Positions 1 to 11,548 are shown, counted from the first letter of the stretch. The stretch: DNA of 64,000 bases from Octopus sinensis (GCF_006345805.1 NC_043009.1:43710001-43774000), one strand, 5' to 3'. Notes: a model not told the origin generated them from the letters alone. Numbers and translations are program-made.

Positions 1-133
1 GTATACATGTACACACTCACGCGCGCGTACACATACGCAGTCATTTAAAATAAACGAATAAAAGAATTAACAGATATCAAGAAGACGTGTACAAGACATG
101 TATTAGCTTGATGCCCGGTAGAAAGACAAAGTT

Positions 134-166
134 TTTGACGTTTCGAGCACAGCTCTTCGTCGGAAA
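134..166 (-). ncRNA. Minimal type I hammerhead ribozyme motif (U4C core variant) in a PLE-terminus-like repeat
   Basis: Minus strand reads TTT-CCGACGA-A-GAGC-TGT-GCTC-GAAA-CGT-C-AAA: helix I TTT/AAA, helix II GAGC/GCTC, palindromic ACGT helix III, GUC cleavage triplet. Core is CCGA instead of CUGA. Confidence 0.65.
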
Positions 167-271
167 GGAGAAGGGGAAAGAAATCGCCAAAAGCATATAT
201 TTATTCAAATATATACATGTACATACACACACACACACACATACACACACCTACACACACACACACGCACA

Positions 272-690
272 TATTGTGTTGGCAACTAAGTTAGCATGGT
301 TTTTTAAAGTTTTTGAATCTATTTTTTTTTTTAGAATTCTATTTTTGAATCATTTTGGAATCTATTTTTTTTTCTAGTTAATTTTAGTTAATTTTTGTTT
401 ATTTTAAGATCATGGAAATGGAATGTCAAGTTAAGAAAAACGAGCATTTTCGACACCTTTTTTTTCTTCTTTTAATCAAGGTTCTATGGCCGCAAAAGCT
501 GCTCGCGATATTTGTGCTGTGTATGGAGAGGGTTCCATAGCTGAAAGAACCGCTCCTGATTGGTATGCCAAGTTCAAAAATGGAAATTTTGACCTCAAAG
601 ACACACTTCGTTCTGGTCGTCCATTTGAGTTCGATGAAAAGCGATTAAACCAACTTTTGCACGTAAATTCACGTCAAACGACATGGGAAC
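272..690 (+). mobile_element. Mariner (Mos1/SETMAR-type) 5' fragment: left TIR plus transposase N-terminal HTH
   Basis: TA-TTGTGTTGGCAACTAAGTT TIR-like start at 272. ATG at 412 gives MEMECQVKKNEHFRHL, then after a frameshift KAARDICAVYGEG...WYAKFKNGNFDLKD..RSGRP, typical of mariner DNA-binding domains. Truncated at about 690. Confidence 0.85.
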
Positions 691-1017
691 CATGGCATAT
701 ATATATATATATATAATATATATATATATAATATATATATATGTGTGGGTGTGTATGTGTGTGTGTGTGTGTATGTGTTCATCATTCATATATGTATAGC
801 GTATGTATATGTGTATGTATGAATGTATGTATGTGCGTATGTATATATACAAGGCGAATCCTAACTCGTAGCTATAATGTGTAAACATGAGGTAGTACTT
901 CAGTATCTAAATATCGAATAGAATAGCAGAATACAAGGAATACGGTGAGGGACAGCGTTGGCAAAAAGTAATACTGAAAAAATTGAAATATCTTTCATGT
1001 TGAGAGGAAGAAGAGCG

Positions 1018-1052
1018 ATCTAATATTTCGGACAGAAACCCTTCTTCAGTGA
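1018..1052 (-). ncRNA. Degenerate hammerhead-like motif
   Basis: Minus strand CTGAAGA-A-GGGT-TTCT-GTCC-GAAA-TATT. Core and helix II are plausible; helices I and III pair poorly. Confidence 0.35.
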
Positions 1053-1249
1053 GAGAAGCGTCAACAAGTGCTGACAGTTCTCTCTCACTAGGGAAGTGTT
1101 GTGCCTATAATTGCTTAAAATCGATTCTATAGATTAGATTATTTTATATTGATCTTAATTATGTTTTTTAAAGCTTTTCACAACAGCAACAGAACTATTG
1201 ATACCAAGCGAAGAAGGGTACACCAATTGCTAGTAATAACAGCTAGATG

Positions 1250-1325
1250 TAATAAGTATATGTTGGGTAACGAGAATCTAAAACGAACAATATCTACTAA
1301 AGATTTGGGGATAGTTACAGCATTC
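1250..1325 (+). mobile_element. Short LINE reverse-transcriptase remnant
   Basis: KYMLGNENLKRTISTKDLGIV resembles the Y-x-L-G...KDLG motif downstream of the CR1/L2-group RT core. It is short and isolated. Confidence 0.4.
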
Positions 1326-1521
1326 TCAAGAATTTATTTGTTTCGAGGAATTCTATTTGACAGAGAAGATAAGGCAAATTTTATGGCTTCAAGTTGGGTT
1401 GAGGATAACCAAAGTCAGTTGATGTTTTTTCGAAATGTTATGTATATTGTGTGTGTGTGCGGGTGTCTACATGTATATGTATGTATTTATGTACGTATGT
1501 GCGTTAGTATTATATATAATC

Positions 1522-1552
<31 letters not shown>

Positions 1553-1914
1553 TATATATATATTATATATATATATTATATATCTATATAATATATATAT
1601 TTAGATATATATATATTATTTAGATATATACATAAAATATATGTACATACGTGTCTATATTATAGAAATATATATATATGCATAGATACATACAAACATT
1701 TATAGTAATATATATATGTAAATATCTATGCATACATGTATAAAAGAGATATATGTATATATGTATAGAAATACGTACGTTACACCACATACACACACAC
1801 ACTCATATAATTGAACTTCTTTCTCGACGTACATACAAAGCTATAACTAATAGCATGTAACTATTGGGTTGAAAATCCCTTTTCGATTAGAAAAATTGAT
1901 CCCGTCGATATATA

Positions 1915-1947
<33 letters not shown>

Positions 1948-2193
1948 TAATATATAATATAGAGAGAGAGAGAGAGAGAGATGAATATGCATATATACCT
2001 ATGTATATCTATACGTATGTAGATATGTATATGTATACATATACATATACATATTAACTTATATGCATATATGTGTATCCTATCTCTCTCTCCTTCTCTC
2101 TCTTCTCTCTCCATAAGTATGAATTTGTACGTATTGTATATATATATATATATATAATATATATAATATACTACATACTACATACATAATATA

Positions 2194-2242
<49 letters not shown>

Positions 2243-3007
2243 TATATATATATATACATATATACACACACACATATATATTATTCATTCAAGGCATTTA
2301 TGTCTATTTGGACTGTCTCAGCAGATAATGGTGTGAGCAATAAAGTAATATGAGATGAACAAGTCTAAGAATAATACATATATTGGTAAATATATTTTAC
2401 ACCGTCCTAAACACACCCGTACCCCTAGATCCACCTACCTAGTCATGCACCCCACCCTCTAGCTACCTACCCATCTACCTCTCTACCATTCCGCGCAGTA
2501 AGCTAACAATTCTTTGACACAGAAGTAGAGGAACTTGATTATGTAAGCACCCCTCTTGCACCCCAAAGCCAACCATAGATTGTCTGTCACACACGTGTCA
2601 ACATTATTATCAGCAGAAACGACTGTCTGCAAACAATAACACACACACACACACACATGCATGCACACACACACATACACACATTCACGCAAAGGCACAC
2701 ATACACATGCAAATATAAAGAAACACACACACACACACACATACACATACACATGCACGCAAAGGCACACATACACACACACACACATACATGCACAAAC
2801 ACATACATGCACACACACACATACACATTAATACACATGCATAATCATGCACCTACACGCAAAGGCACACATACACATGCAGATATAAAGAAACACACAT
2901 ATACACACACAGACACACTCTCTCACACACACACACCAACATACAGACATGCATACATATACGTATACACGAATGCATTCATACACATGTGTGTGTCTTT
3001 GCTTATG

Positions 3008-3100
<93 letters not shown>

Positions 3101-3299
3101 GTGCATGTGTGTAGATGTATGTGAGTGTATGTGTGTGTATAAGTATAGCTATTTATACTTCTACTCATATACATATATCCATACACACTCACACACACAT
3201 ACACATATATTTATAGATACATACATACGTACATATGCTCCCCAACATGCACACATATGTATATCCAGACACATATAACCAAATATGCCTATACATACA

Positions 3300-3345
<46 letters not shown>

Positions 3346-3494
3346 TATGTGTGTGTGTGTGTGTTTGTGTATATATATATATATATGCACTTCTATATAT
3401 TTGTGTATATATATATATACATATATATATATATGCACGTCCATATATTTGTATATGTATGTATATATATATATATATATATATGATATTATAT

Positions 3495-3588
<94 letters not shown>

Positions 3589-4228
3589 ATATAATATTAT
3601 ATATATAAGTATATATATATTTGTATGAACATAACATCTCTTATTGGTATCTTTGTGAATTTTTTTCGTTATTTATTCCATTGTTGACATGACCCAAAAT
3701 TTGAACTTTGACAGCGAAAGAATAAAATGAAGTAAAAAAAAAAAAATAAAATAAAATAAAATGAAATAAATTCCCGTCATTTCGCCCACCCATCTACCCA
3801 CCCGCCGTCCCACCCAACGAGATCCAACGCACCGCCCCTCCTCTTCCTACTCCTCCTTCTTCTATCCAAAATTCGAGCATTGTTTGAGGTTATTGGCGAA
3901 ATGTCATTGATGTCAGCCAAACAAAAATAAAAATATATAAATATATAAATAGAATAGGATGCAGATAACGTTGGCATCGAAATAAATGAAAAAACAACAA
4001 AAACAAAAACGACAATTATAACAACAAACGAAAAAGAAAAAAAAGAAAGAAATATTACTACACGGGTAGATTGCAGGAAATATCAGCTCCTGTCCAGTTC
4101 ATTCTGTATATCACCAGACAATTAGAGGGACACGGGCTGGGGACATTAGAACTGGTTTATTTTGAGAGTCTGTGACACTCTCATTTTAACTTTGGTCTGT
4201 GGTATGCGTTGACACACACACACCAAAC

Positions 4229-4449
4229 ACGAGGGGGTCGCTGAAAAGTTCTTGGCTTTAAAGGTATTGCGAAAACCTGGTTGGAAGTCCAACCCTACCG
4301 AGTTCTTTTTGTAGGGCTTAGAAAAACTGAAGGACTGCTGCAATAAGTGTGTGAATCCGAGAGGAGAATATGTTGAGTAAAATCATAAGTAACTGATCTT
4401 CCCGTATTTTCATTTACCCTAAACCAGGAACTTTTCAGCCCGCCCTCGT
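4229..4449 (+). mobile_element. Mariner-derived MITE (ACGAGGG...CCCTCGT family)
   Basis: TIRs ACGAGGGGGTCGCTGAAAAGTTC / GAACTTTTCAGCCCGCCCTCGT. The interior keeps the transposase C-terminus (EKLKDCCNKCVNPRGEYVE*). Related copies at 6344-6550 and 35063-35678. Confidence 0.8.
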
Positions 4450-4452
4450 CTG

Positions 4453-4555
<103 letters not shown>

Positions 4556-5358
4556 GTCTATCTGTATGCATGTATGTATGTATGTACGTATATATACATA
4601 GCGGCGTACGTACACTTTGTTCTCTTATATGTACGTATGTATGTAAGAACACAAGATGGTTGAAAGTTCACTACAGCTGTTTCAGATGCGTGCATATGTA
4701 TACCTGAATATCTATGTGTTTATCACTATGTCCGTGTGTGTATAAGTATGCCTGTATCTGTGTATCTGCATGTGTGAGTGTGTTCTTATTGTGTGCTATA
4801 CCTGTAACCTTTCCTACGTTAGATCTGGAGTTTACAGTGGGCCGTGTAATTGTATGCCAGAGTACTTCCGTATCTGATTGTACTTATATCGATGAGCATA
4901 TTGAGCTGTTCATGTACATGTATATGTAAGTGGTGGGGGAAATTTTTATATAAGTATTGATATATGATTAAGTCTCCATATATATACCGTTGATACACGG
5001 ATATGCTATTCTCGACCATAAATTGATGTGATTATAATTAGAGCACCTTGAGCCAATTGGATACTGCAAATAATTCTCCTTTCTTCATTATTATGTCTTG
5101 ATAATATACTCTGTATTCTACATGAAATGGGGGCGAACTCAGGATTTATTAATCGAATGGAATACAGTTCAATTGTTTATTTTAAGCGATGCTAAATGGT
5201 TCCTATATTTCGATATGGGCAGCCAAGTCTGGATTTTATCAGCAAGGTATACACACGGGATTTCAAATCCCTATTCTTTAGCAACACTCACTCGCATACA
5301 TGACTGAGAATTTGATACAGACGCACACATAGATAAAGAAATTGATACAGACACACAC

Positions 5359-5453
<95 letters not shown>

Positions 5454-5530
5454 TTGGACTAATGAGTATATGTTCATTAGTGTGTTGAAGTGCTTAGCAG
5501 AGCATCAGGAATTCTGCAGCGTTAGTTGAG

Positions 5531-5605
<75 letters not shown>

Positions 5606-5749
5606 TTCTTAAGTAACCAGAAGATGAATTTGGTATCAATATTTATTTTGTACAACGGTCGTTTCGACCCAACCTGCTACTGTCCCGTATGGGTGGGACC
5701 AAATCCATCTCCCGATTACTCAAGAAACTGCTTATCATCATAATCATCG

Positions 5750-5795
<46 letters not shown>

Positions 5796-5904
5796 TATCA
5801 TTATCATTATTATTTATTATAAATATATGCACACACACACATATATATATATATACATAAGTACGTGTGTGTATAATATATATATATATATATTTATATT
5901 TTTA

Positions 5905-6100
5905 ACGGGAAGTTTGATGAAAATAAACAAAAGACGAAGGCAGGTGGAATACAAACAAACAATTGTATTAGTATGGCGCTCAGGAATATAAATAAAACAA
6001 GTCTTTTACGTTTCGAGCCTACGCTCTTCAACAGAAAGATACACAGAAAAGAAGCACGGAAAGAAACAAGGAGAGAAAAAAATGCGTGCAGAAGCTAGCC
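5905..6100 (-). mobile_element. PLE-terminus-like (pseudo-LTR) unit carrying a hammerhead
   Basis: Pyrimidine-rich run, hammerhead, then TTCCTGAGCGCCATACTAATAC on the minus strand. Same layout as the + strand unit at 6101-6285 and the unit near 60-200. Confidence 0.55.
6002..6039 (-). ncRNA. Minimal type I hammerhead ribozyme motif (A6U substitution)
   Basis: TCTTT-CTGTTGA-A-GAGC-GTAG-GCTC-GAAA-CGT-A-AAAGA: 5-bp helix I, 4-bp helix II, ACGT helix III, GUA triplet. Confidence 0.7.
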
Positions 6101-6273
6101 GTCTTCCCTTCTCGGGATCTTTCCTTCTCCTATGTTTCCGAGGAAGAGCTCCGCTCGAAACGTTAAACCCTCCTTCTTCCCTTCTTTCCTGAGCGTCCAA
6201 TAATACTTTATTTGTTCCACGTCCTCGCGTTGTTGTGTTTTTTTTGTTTTTTTTTGTGTTTTCTTGTTTTGAT

Positions 6274-6285
<12 letters not shown>
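6101..6285 (+). mobile_element. PLE-terminus-like unit, head-to-head with the 5905-6100 unit
   Basis: Hammerhead followed by TTCCTGAGCGTCCAATAATAC, similar to the opposite-strand neighbour but clearly diverged. Confidence 0.55.
6134..6168 (+). ncRNA. Minimal type I hammerhead ribozyme motif (U4C core variant)
   Basis: GTTT-CCGAGGA-A-GAGC-TCC-GCTC-GAAA-CGT-T-AAAC: helix I GTTT/AAAC, helix II GAGC/GCTC, GUU triplet. Confidence 0.7.
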
Positions 6286-6343
<58 letters not shown>

Positions 6344-6344
<1 letters not shown>

Positions 6345-6550
6345 ACGAGGGTGTGCTGAAAAGTTCCTAGCTTTGAGTAAAAGAAAAATACAAGAGGATC
6401 AGTGAATTATGATTTCATTCAACATGTTCCCCTCTGAGATTCACGCATATATTGTTGCAGTCCTTTAGTTTTTCTAAGCTCTGTAAAAGAACCCGGAAGA
6501 GAAATTGCGTGATACCTTTAAAGACAAGATCTTTTCAGCAGCCCTTCGTA
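6344..6550 (-). mobile_element. Mariner-derived MITE (same family as 4229-4449)
   Basis: TIRs ACGAGGGTGTGCTGAAAAGTTC / GATCTTTTCAGCAGCCCTTCGTA. The interior is the reverse complement of the 4229 copy. Confidence 0.8.
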
Positions 6551-6658
6551 TTTGTGCATCTATACAAGTTACCATCGCTCAGGTTTCTTCAATAAAAAGA
6601 AAAGGTAATTAAATTCATCTTGGGGAACATATGTGCGCAAATATTTCGCTTTTATTTC

Positions 6659-7045
6659 GCAGGAGTGGCTGTGTGATAAGTAGCTTGCTTCCCAACCACA
6701 TGGTTCCGGGACCAATCCCACTGCGTGGCACCTTGGGCAAGTGTCTTCTACTATAGCCTCGGGCCGACCAAAGCCTTGTGAGTAGATTTGGTAGTCGGAA
6801 ACTGAAAGAAGCCTGTTGTATATAAATATATATATTCTCTTTACTCTTTACTCTTTTACTTGTTTCAGTCATTTGACTGCGGCCATGCTGGAGCACCGAC
6901 TTTAGTCGATCAAATAGACCCCGGGACTTATTCTTTGTAAGCCCAGTACTTATTCTATCGGTCTCTTTTTTGCCGAACCGCTAAGTGACGGGGACGTAAA
7001 CACACCAGCATCGGTTGTCAAGCAATGCTAGGGGGACAAACACAA

Positions 7046-7080
<35 letters not shown>

Positions 7081-7465
7081 CGACAGGCTTCTTTCAGTTT
7101 CCGTCCACCAAATCCACTCACAAGGCATTGGTCGGCCCGAGGCTATAGCAGAAGACACTTGCCCAAGATGCCACGCAGTGGGACTGAACCCACAACCATG
7201 TGGTTGGTTAGCAAGCTACTTACCACACAGCCACTCCTGCGCCTATATGTATATGTTTGTGTGTCTGTGTTTGTCCCCCACCATCATCGCTTGATAACCG
7301 ATGTTGGTGTGTTTACGTCCCCGTCACCCAGCGGTTCGGCAAAAGAGAACCGATAGAATAAGTACTAGACTTACAAAGAATAAGTCCCGGAGGTCGATTG
7401 GTTCGACTCAAGGCGGTGCTTCAGCATGGCCGCAGTCAAATGACTGAAAGAAATCAAAGATTAAA
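6659..7465 (+). mobile_element. tRNA-derived SINE (family A) interrupted by a second copy in opposite orientation
   Basis: Head 6659-6835 (A-box TGGCTGTGTG, CCTTGGGCAAGT CORE-like motif), inner inverted copy, then body and tail resume at 7245-7465. Confidence 0.85.
6836..7244 (-). mobile_element. Complete family A SINE nested in the internal (TA)n tract of another copy
   Basis: Runs from AGGCGCAGGAGTGG head to (GAGTAAA)n-like tail, flanked by TATAT on both sides. Confidence 0.9.
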
Positions 7466-7573
7466 AAAAGAACAGTTATAAAACATCTGTGCGAGCATAC
7501 AAGCTCTTTAGAATCTACGCCCGTGATCCTCTACTACAACAGTTCCTCAATTTTTTATTTTACTCACAGAGAT

Positions 7574-7724
7574 AGGCGCAGGAGTGGCTGTGTGGTAAGT
7601 AGCTTGCTAACCAACCACATGGTTCCGGGTTCAGTCCCACTGCGTGACACTTTGGGCAAGTGTCTTCTGCTACAGCCTCGGGCCGACCAAAGCCTTGTGA
7701 GTGGACTGAAAGAAGCCCGTCGTA

Positions 7725-7758
<34 letters not shown>

Positions 7759-7988
7759 TATGTGTGTGTTTATGCGTCTGTGTTTGTCCCCCTAGCATTG
7801 CTTGACAACCGATGCTGGTGTGTTTATGTCCCCGTTACTTAGCGGTTCGGCAAAAAGAGACCGATAGAATAAATACTGGGCTTACAAAAAGAATAAGTCC
7901 CGGGGTCGAGTTGCTCGATTAAAGGCGGTGCTCCAGCATGGCCGCAGTCAAATGACTGAAACAAGTAAAAGAGTAAAAGAGTAAAGAG
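7574..7988 (+). mobile_element. Complete family A tRNA-derived SINE (~415 bp)
   Basis: A box TGGCTGTGTGGT, B box GGTTCAGTCCC, CORE-like segment, internal (TA)/(TG) tract, 3' stem-loop CAGTC-AAAT-GACTG and (GTAAAAGA)n tail. Further copies or fragments at about 11070, 18401, 18780, 19560, 23290, 25270, 27820, 31050, 33893, 34055, 37100, 38878, 54590 and 62400. Confidence 0.9.
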
Positions 7989-8283
7989 AGACGAGTTTCA
8001 TGCAAGATAAGTTTTTCACGAACCCAGGTATCACACGCATAACAAAACACCATGACGCGCATAATGTATAACTTGATTATTACACGTATATAATACTTAT
8101 ATGTTGCATATATTATGCAAACTGTAATACTCAATAAAACAAACATGAAATTTTAAAATGTATTCAGCCCGAGTATTATATTACGTGTATAAATGTCTGT
8201 GGAATATTCAGCCACTTATATGGTAATTAAATGAACCTGATAGTTTTGTTGGTCAAGCAACTGAAGCCTCCCATAATCACATG

Positions 8284-8335
<52 letters not shown>

Positions 8336-8499
8336 CTGGAGATATAGTTGTCTGGCTAGTGATTTGATCGTGAACAGCGTGTAGAAACGAAAGGAATTAC
8401 GATGTGGAAGATATTACTTCATCATTTATTACTTGGTGACATTTTCGTCGCACCACCTGCGACCTGGTCACTGATTCAGTTCAAGTGAAACACACAGTG

Positions 8500-8536
<37 letters not shown>

Positions 8537-8667
8537 TATAGTCAGATAGATGTTGGATAATGATGACGATATTTTTGCGTGTATGCGTGTGTGCATATGT
8601 ATGCAGAAAAAGAGATAAAGCTAGCGAGAGAGAGAGAGAGAGAGAGTAAGAGTGAGAAAGAGTAGAG

Positions 8668-8705
<38 letters not shown>

Positions 8706-9048
8706 AGGAGAGAAGGAGAAAGTTAAGGAATGGTCGTTGAAGAACTTCCAGCACGAAGAAATTTGTTCAGCTTTCAAATTGACAGAAGATAGAATGAGAA
8801 GATGAGTGAGTCATTGGCATAAAAATAGAAGGAATTCGAAGAAGTTGAAAGAGATTTGTTTTGGCGAAGACAGGAGTCTGTGTGTGTGTGTGTGTGTGTA
8901 TGTGTGTATGTGTGTGTGTTTGTGTGTGTGAGTGTGTGTGTGTTGTTAGCGCTGTTGAAGTAATTAACTGCTTAATCATGTGATTGTTTCTACTCACAGA
9001 AGAACCGATTCCATTATTCCAATTCTTACTATTTCAGATATATCTTTA

Positions 9049-9265
9049 AGGTGGCGAGCTGGCAGAATCGTTAGCGCGTCGGACAAAATGCTTAGCGGCA
9101 TTTCTTCCAACTTTGCGTACTGAGTTCAATTTACGCCGAGGTCGATTTTTGCCGTTCATCATTTCGGGGTCAATAAACTAAGTACCGGTTGAACACTGAT
9201 GTCGATTTAATCGACTTAATTCCTTCCCCCGAAATTGTTGGCCCTGTGCCAAAATTTGAAACCGA
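9049..9265 (+). mobile_element. Family B tRNA-derived SINE with 19-bp target-site duplication
   Basis: Head GGTGGCGAGCTGGCAGAATCGTTAGC, B-box-like GAGTTCAA. TATTTCAGATATATCTTTA occurs at 9030-9048 and 9266-9284. Confidence 0.9.
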
Positions 9266-9367
9266 TATTTCAGATATATCTTTATTTCTTAACTTTCATG
9301 GCATTCATAGCAACAATGAGCAAGCTCACTATATACAGCATCATGATACATATAAATAAATACTTAG

Positions 9368-9401
<34 letters not shown>

Positions 9402-9458
9402 CACATACACATACACACACACATGTATGTATATGTATGTATGTGTGTGTATGTGTGT

Positions 9459-9765
9459 GTGGAGGCACATGTTCTAGTGGTTACAGCAGCGGACTCGCAG
9501 TCGAGGGATCGCGGGTTCGAATCTCAGACTGGGCGATGTGTGCGTTTATGAGCGAAGCACCTAAGCTCCATGCAGCTCTGGCAGAAGGTAGTGGCGAACT
9601 TCTGCTGACTCTTTCGCCATAACTTTCTCTCACTCTTTCCTCCTGCATCTTGCAGCTCACCTGCGACGGACCGGTGTCCCGTCCAGGTGGGGAACCTATA
9701 TGCCACGGAAACCGGGAAACCGGCCCTATGAGCCAGGCATGGCTCGAGAAGGAACAAACAACAAC

Positions 9766-9778
<13 letters not shown>
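9459..9778 (+). mobile_element. Family C tRNA-derived SINE with V-domain-like segment and (CAA)n tail
   Basis: tRNA-like head GTGGAGGCAC...GGTTCGAATC; CTGCGACGGACCGGTGTCCCGTCCAGG at 9661-9687; tail AAC repeats. Confidence 0.75.
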
Positions 9779-9808
<30 letters not shown>

Positions 9809-9843
9809 CTCTGAACGAGGTATGGACAGTAACTGCACGACAA

Positions 9844-10004
9844 TGTGAAGTATATTTGCCTTCTCAATATGGCTAACCACTAAGGGTGGATGTTACTGTA
9901 GCTTGTAGCCCAGGAGAACATCTTCTCCAGCTGGCTATTTACACACTTTCTGTAACATCCACCCTTAGTGGTTAACCATATTGAGATGGCAAATATACTT
10001 CACA
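9844..10004. mobile_element. 161-bp hairpin element (MITE-like)
   Basis: 53-bp inverted arms 9844-9896 and 9952-10004 with 2 mismatches; inner stems TAGCC/GGCTA and GGAGAA/TTCTCC. Confidence 0.7.
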
Positions 10005-10015
10005 CACACACACAC

Positions 10016-10059
<44 letters not shown>

Positions 10060-10274
10060 GTATGTATATATGTGTGTACGAGGAGGTACCCAAAAGTAAC
10101 CGGAAGCGTACTCTGTCGGACAAGCCCGTTGTCGGTGTCTTTTGCTGAGCCCCTCTGTTATATAATTCCTACAAGACTCGTCTTCTGGAAATAACCACCT
10201 ACTTTAAGTCTTGGATACTTTGTCTTAAAATGTTGTTCTCCACGTTCTTTTAAACAGAAACAATTACACACATA

Positions 10275-10324
<50 letters not shown>

Positions 10325-10484
10325 AACATAGACACATACACGCACGTAAGCATGCACACGCGCGTGCACCCCCTCCACACACACAATGGAAGCTGAAACT
10401 TCAAAAATCATTACTCCTAGTTTTCTCGAATCCGATCTTCGAAGAATAACAAATTGGTAGTGGACATTGTTTTGACTATGAGAC

Positions 10485-10832
10485 CACTGGTTTTCAACCG
10501 GGCTCGATATGACCTCTGAAGGTGAATATATATGATATTTGGGTCCCACACAAACAAAATAGAAAATTGGGAATTCGCAGCATTATATTAAATATCCATG
10601 AAAGTAGTTTGCTTTTGATGGATTTATTGCAAGAAACAGTTTGGTTTCATTCCCTAACACTTTACGTAGCTCATCCTACGCAAAGATAATGTCTGAAAAG
10701 CAAAATAGGAATGTTGAAGTATGATCTATAAAGCTAGTTTTTAAATATGAAACGACTTTAGGGTCCACCAGAATAGAATAATAATCAAAAGGGTCTATAA
10801 ATAAAAAACGGTAGAGAACCAGAGAACCACTG
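10485..10832 (+). mobile_element. hAT (Charlie-like) MITE
   Basis: Ends CACTGGTTTTCAACC...GAGAACCACTG match the CAGTGGTTCTCAA-type TIR; right flank ATCTAGAC fits the NTCTAGAN target preference. Homologous copies at 24572-25264 and about 46730-47219. Confidence 0.7.
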
Positions 10833-10859
10833 ATCTAGACAATAGCTTTTGATAATATA

Positions 10860-11040
10860 TTTCTTTATTACCCACAAGGGGCTAAATACAGAGAGGACAA
10901 ACAAGGACACACAAAGGGATTAGATCGATTACATCGACCCCAGTGCGTTACTGGTACTTAATTTATCGACCCCGAAAGGATGAAAAGCAAAGTCGACCTC
11001 GGCGGAATTTGAACTCACAACGTAACGGCAGACGAAACCA
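10860..11040 (-). mobile_element. Family B SINE fragment (CCCCTTGTGGG-tail subfamily)
   Basis: Reverse complement matches the units at 35985-36547 and 26880-27300. Confidence 0.85.
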
Positions 11041-11493
11041 ATAGTTTTTGATAATAATGGGGAAAAAAATTATCTGTACACAAATGGTTGTGTACTAAAA
11101 AGCTTGCTTCCCAATCACATGTTTCCGGGTTCAGTTCCACTGCATGGTACCTTGGGCAAGTGTCATCTACTATAGCCCCGGTCAGACCAAAGCCTTGTGA
11201 GTAGATTTGGTAGATTGGAACTGAAAGAAACTCGTCGTATATTTGATTCCGGGACAATTGTCTTGTTATCTATTTAGATTTTTTCACTTTCGGTTGCCAC
11301 AGGGTAACGTTGCTTGGCGGTCAAATGTTTTTCACCCATCAGATGAATTTCGGTAACAGTGGAACTGCGTGTACCGACCGACTACCAGCATACACCAAGA
11401 TAAACCATTTTGCTATATACAACCCTTCCCGCTTTATTTATGTTGTTATTGTTGTTGTTGCTGCTGCTGCTGCTATTGTTGTTGTTGTAGTAA

Positions 11494-11548
<55 letters not shown>

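Noticed and set aside
2490-2632. Possible minus-strand exon (TTTGCAG acceptor, TVVSADNNVDTC...)
   Set aside because: No recognisable protein similarity, a weak donor and no partner exons.
3681-3695. Exact 15-mer shared in reverse with 24360-24374 (GGGTCATGTCAACAA), near nuclear-receptor-like half-sites
   Set aside because: A few 15-mer matches are expected by chance among both-strand pairs in 64 kb; there is no extended similarity.
7944-7975. SINE tail AGTC-AAAT-GACT-GAAAC-AA-GTA-AAAGA resembles the 3' half of a hammerhead
   Set aside because: No CUGANGA upstream, and the homologous LINE tails do not keep the GUH triplet; better explained as an RT-recognition stem-loop.
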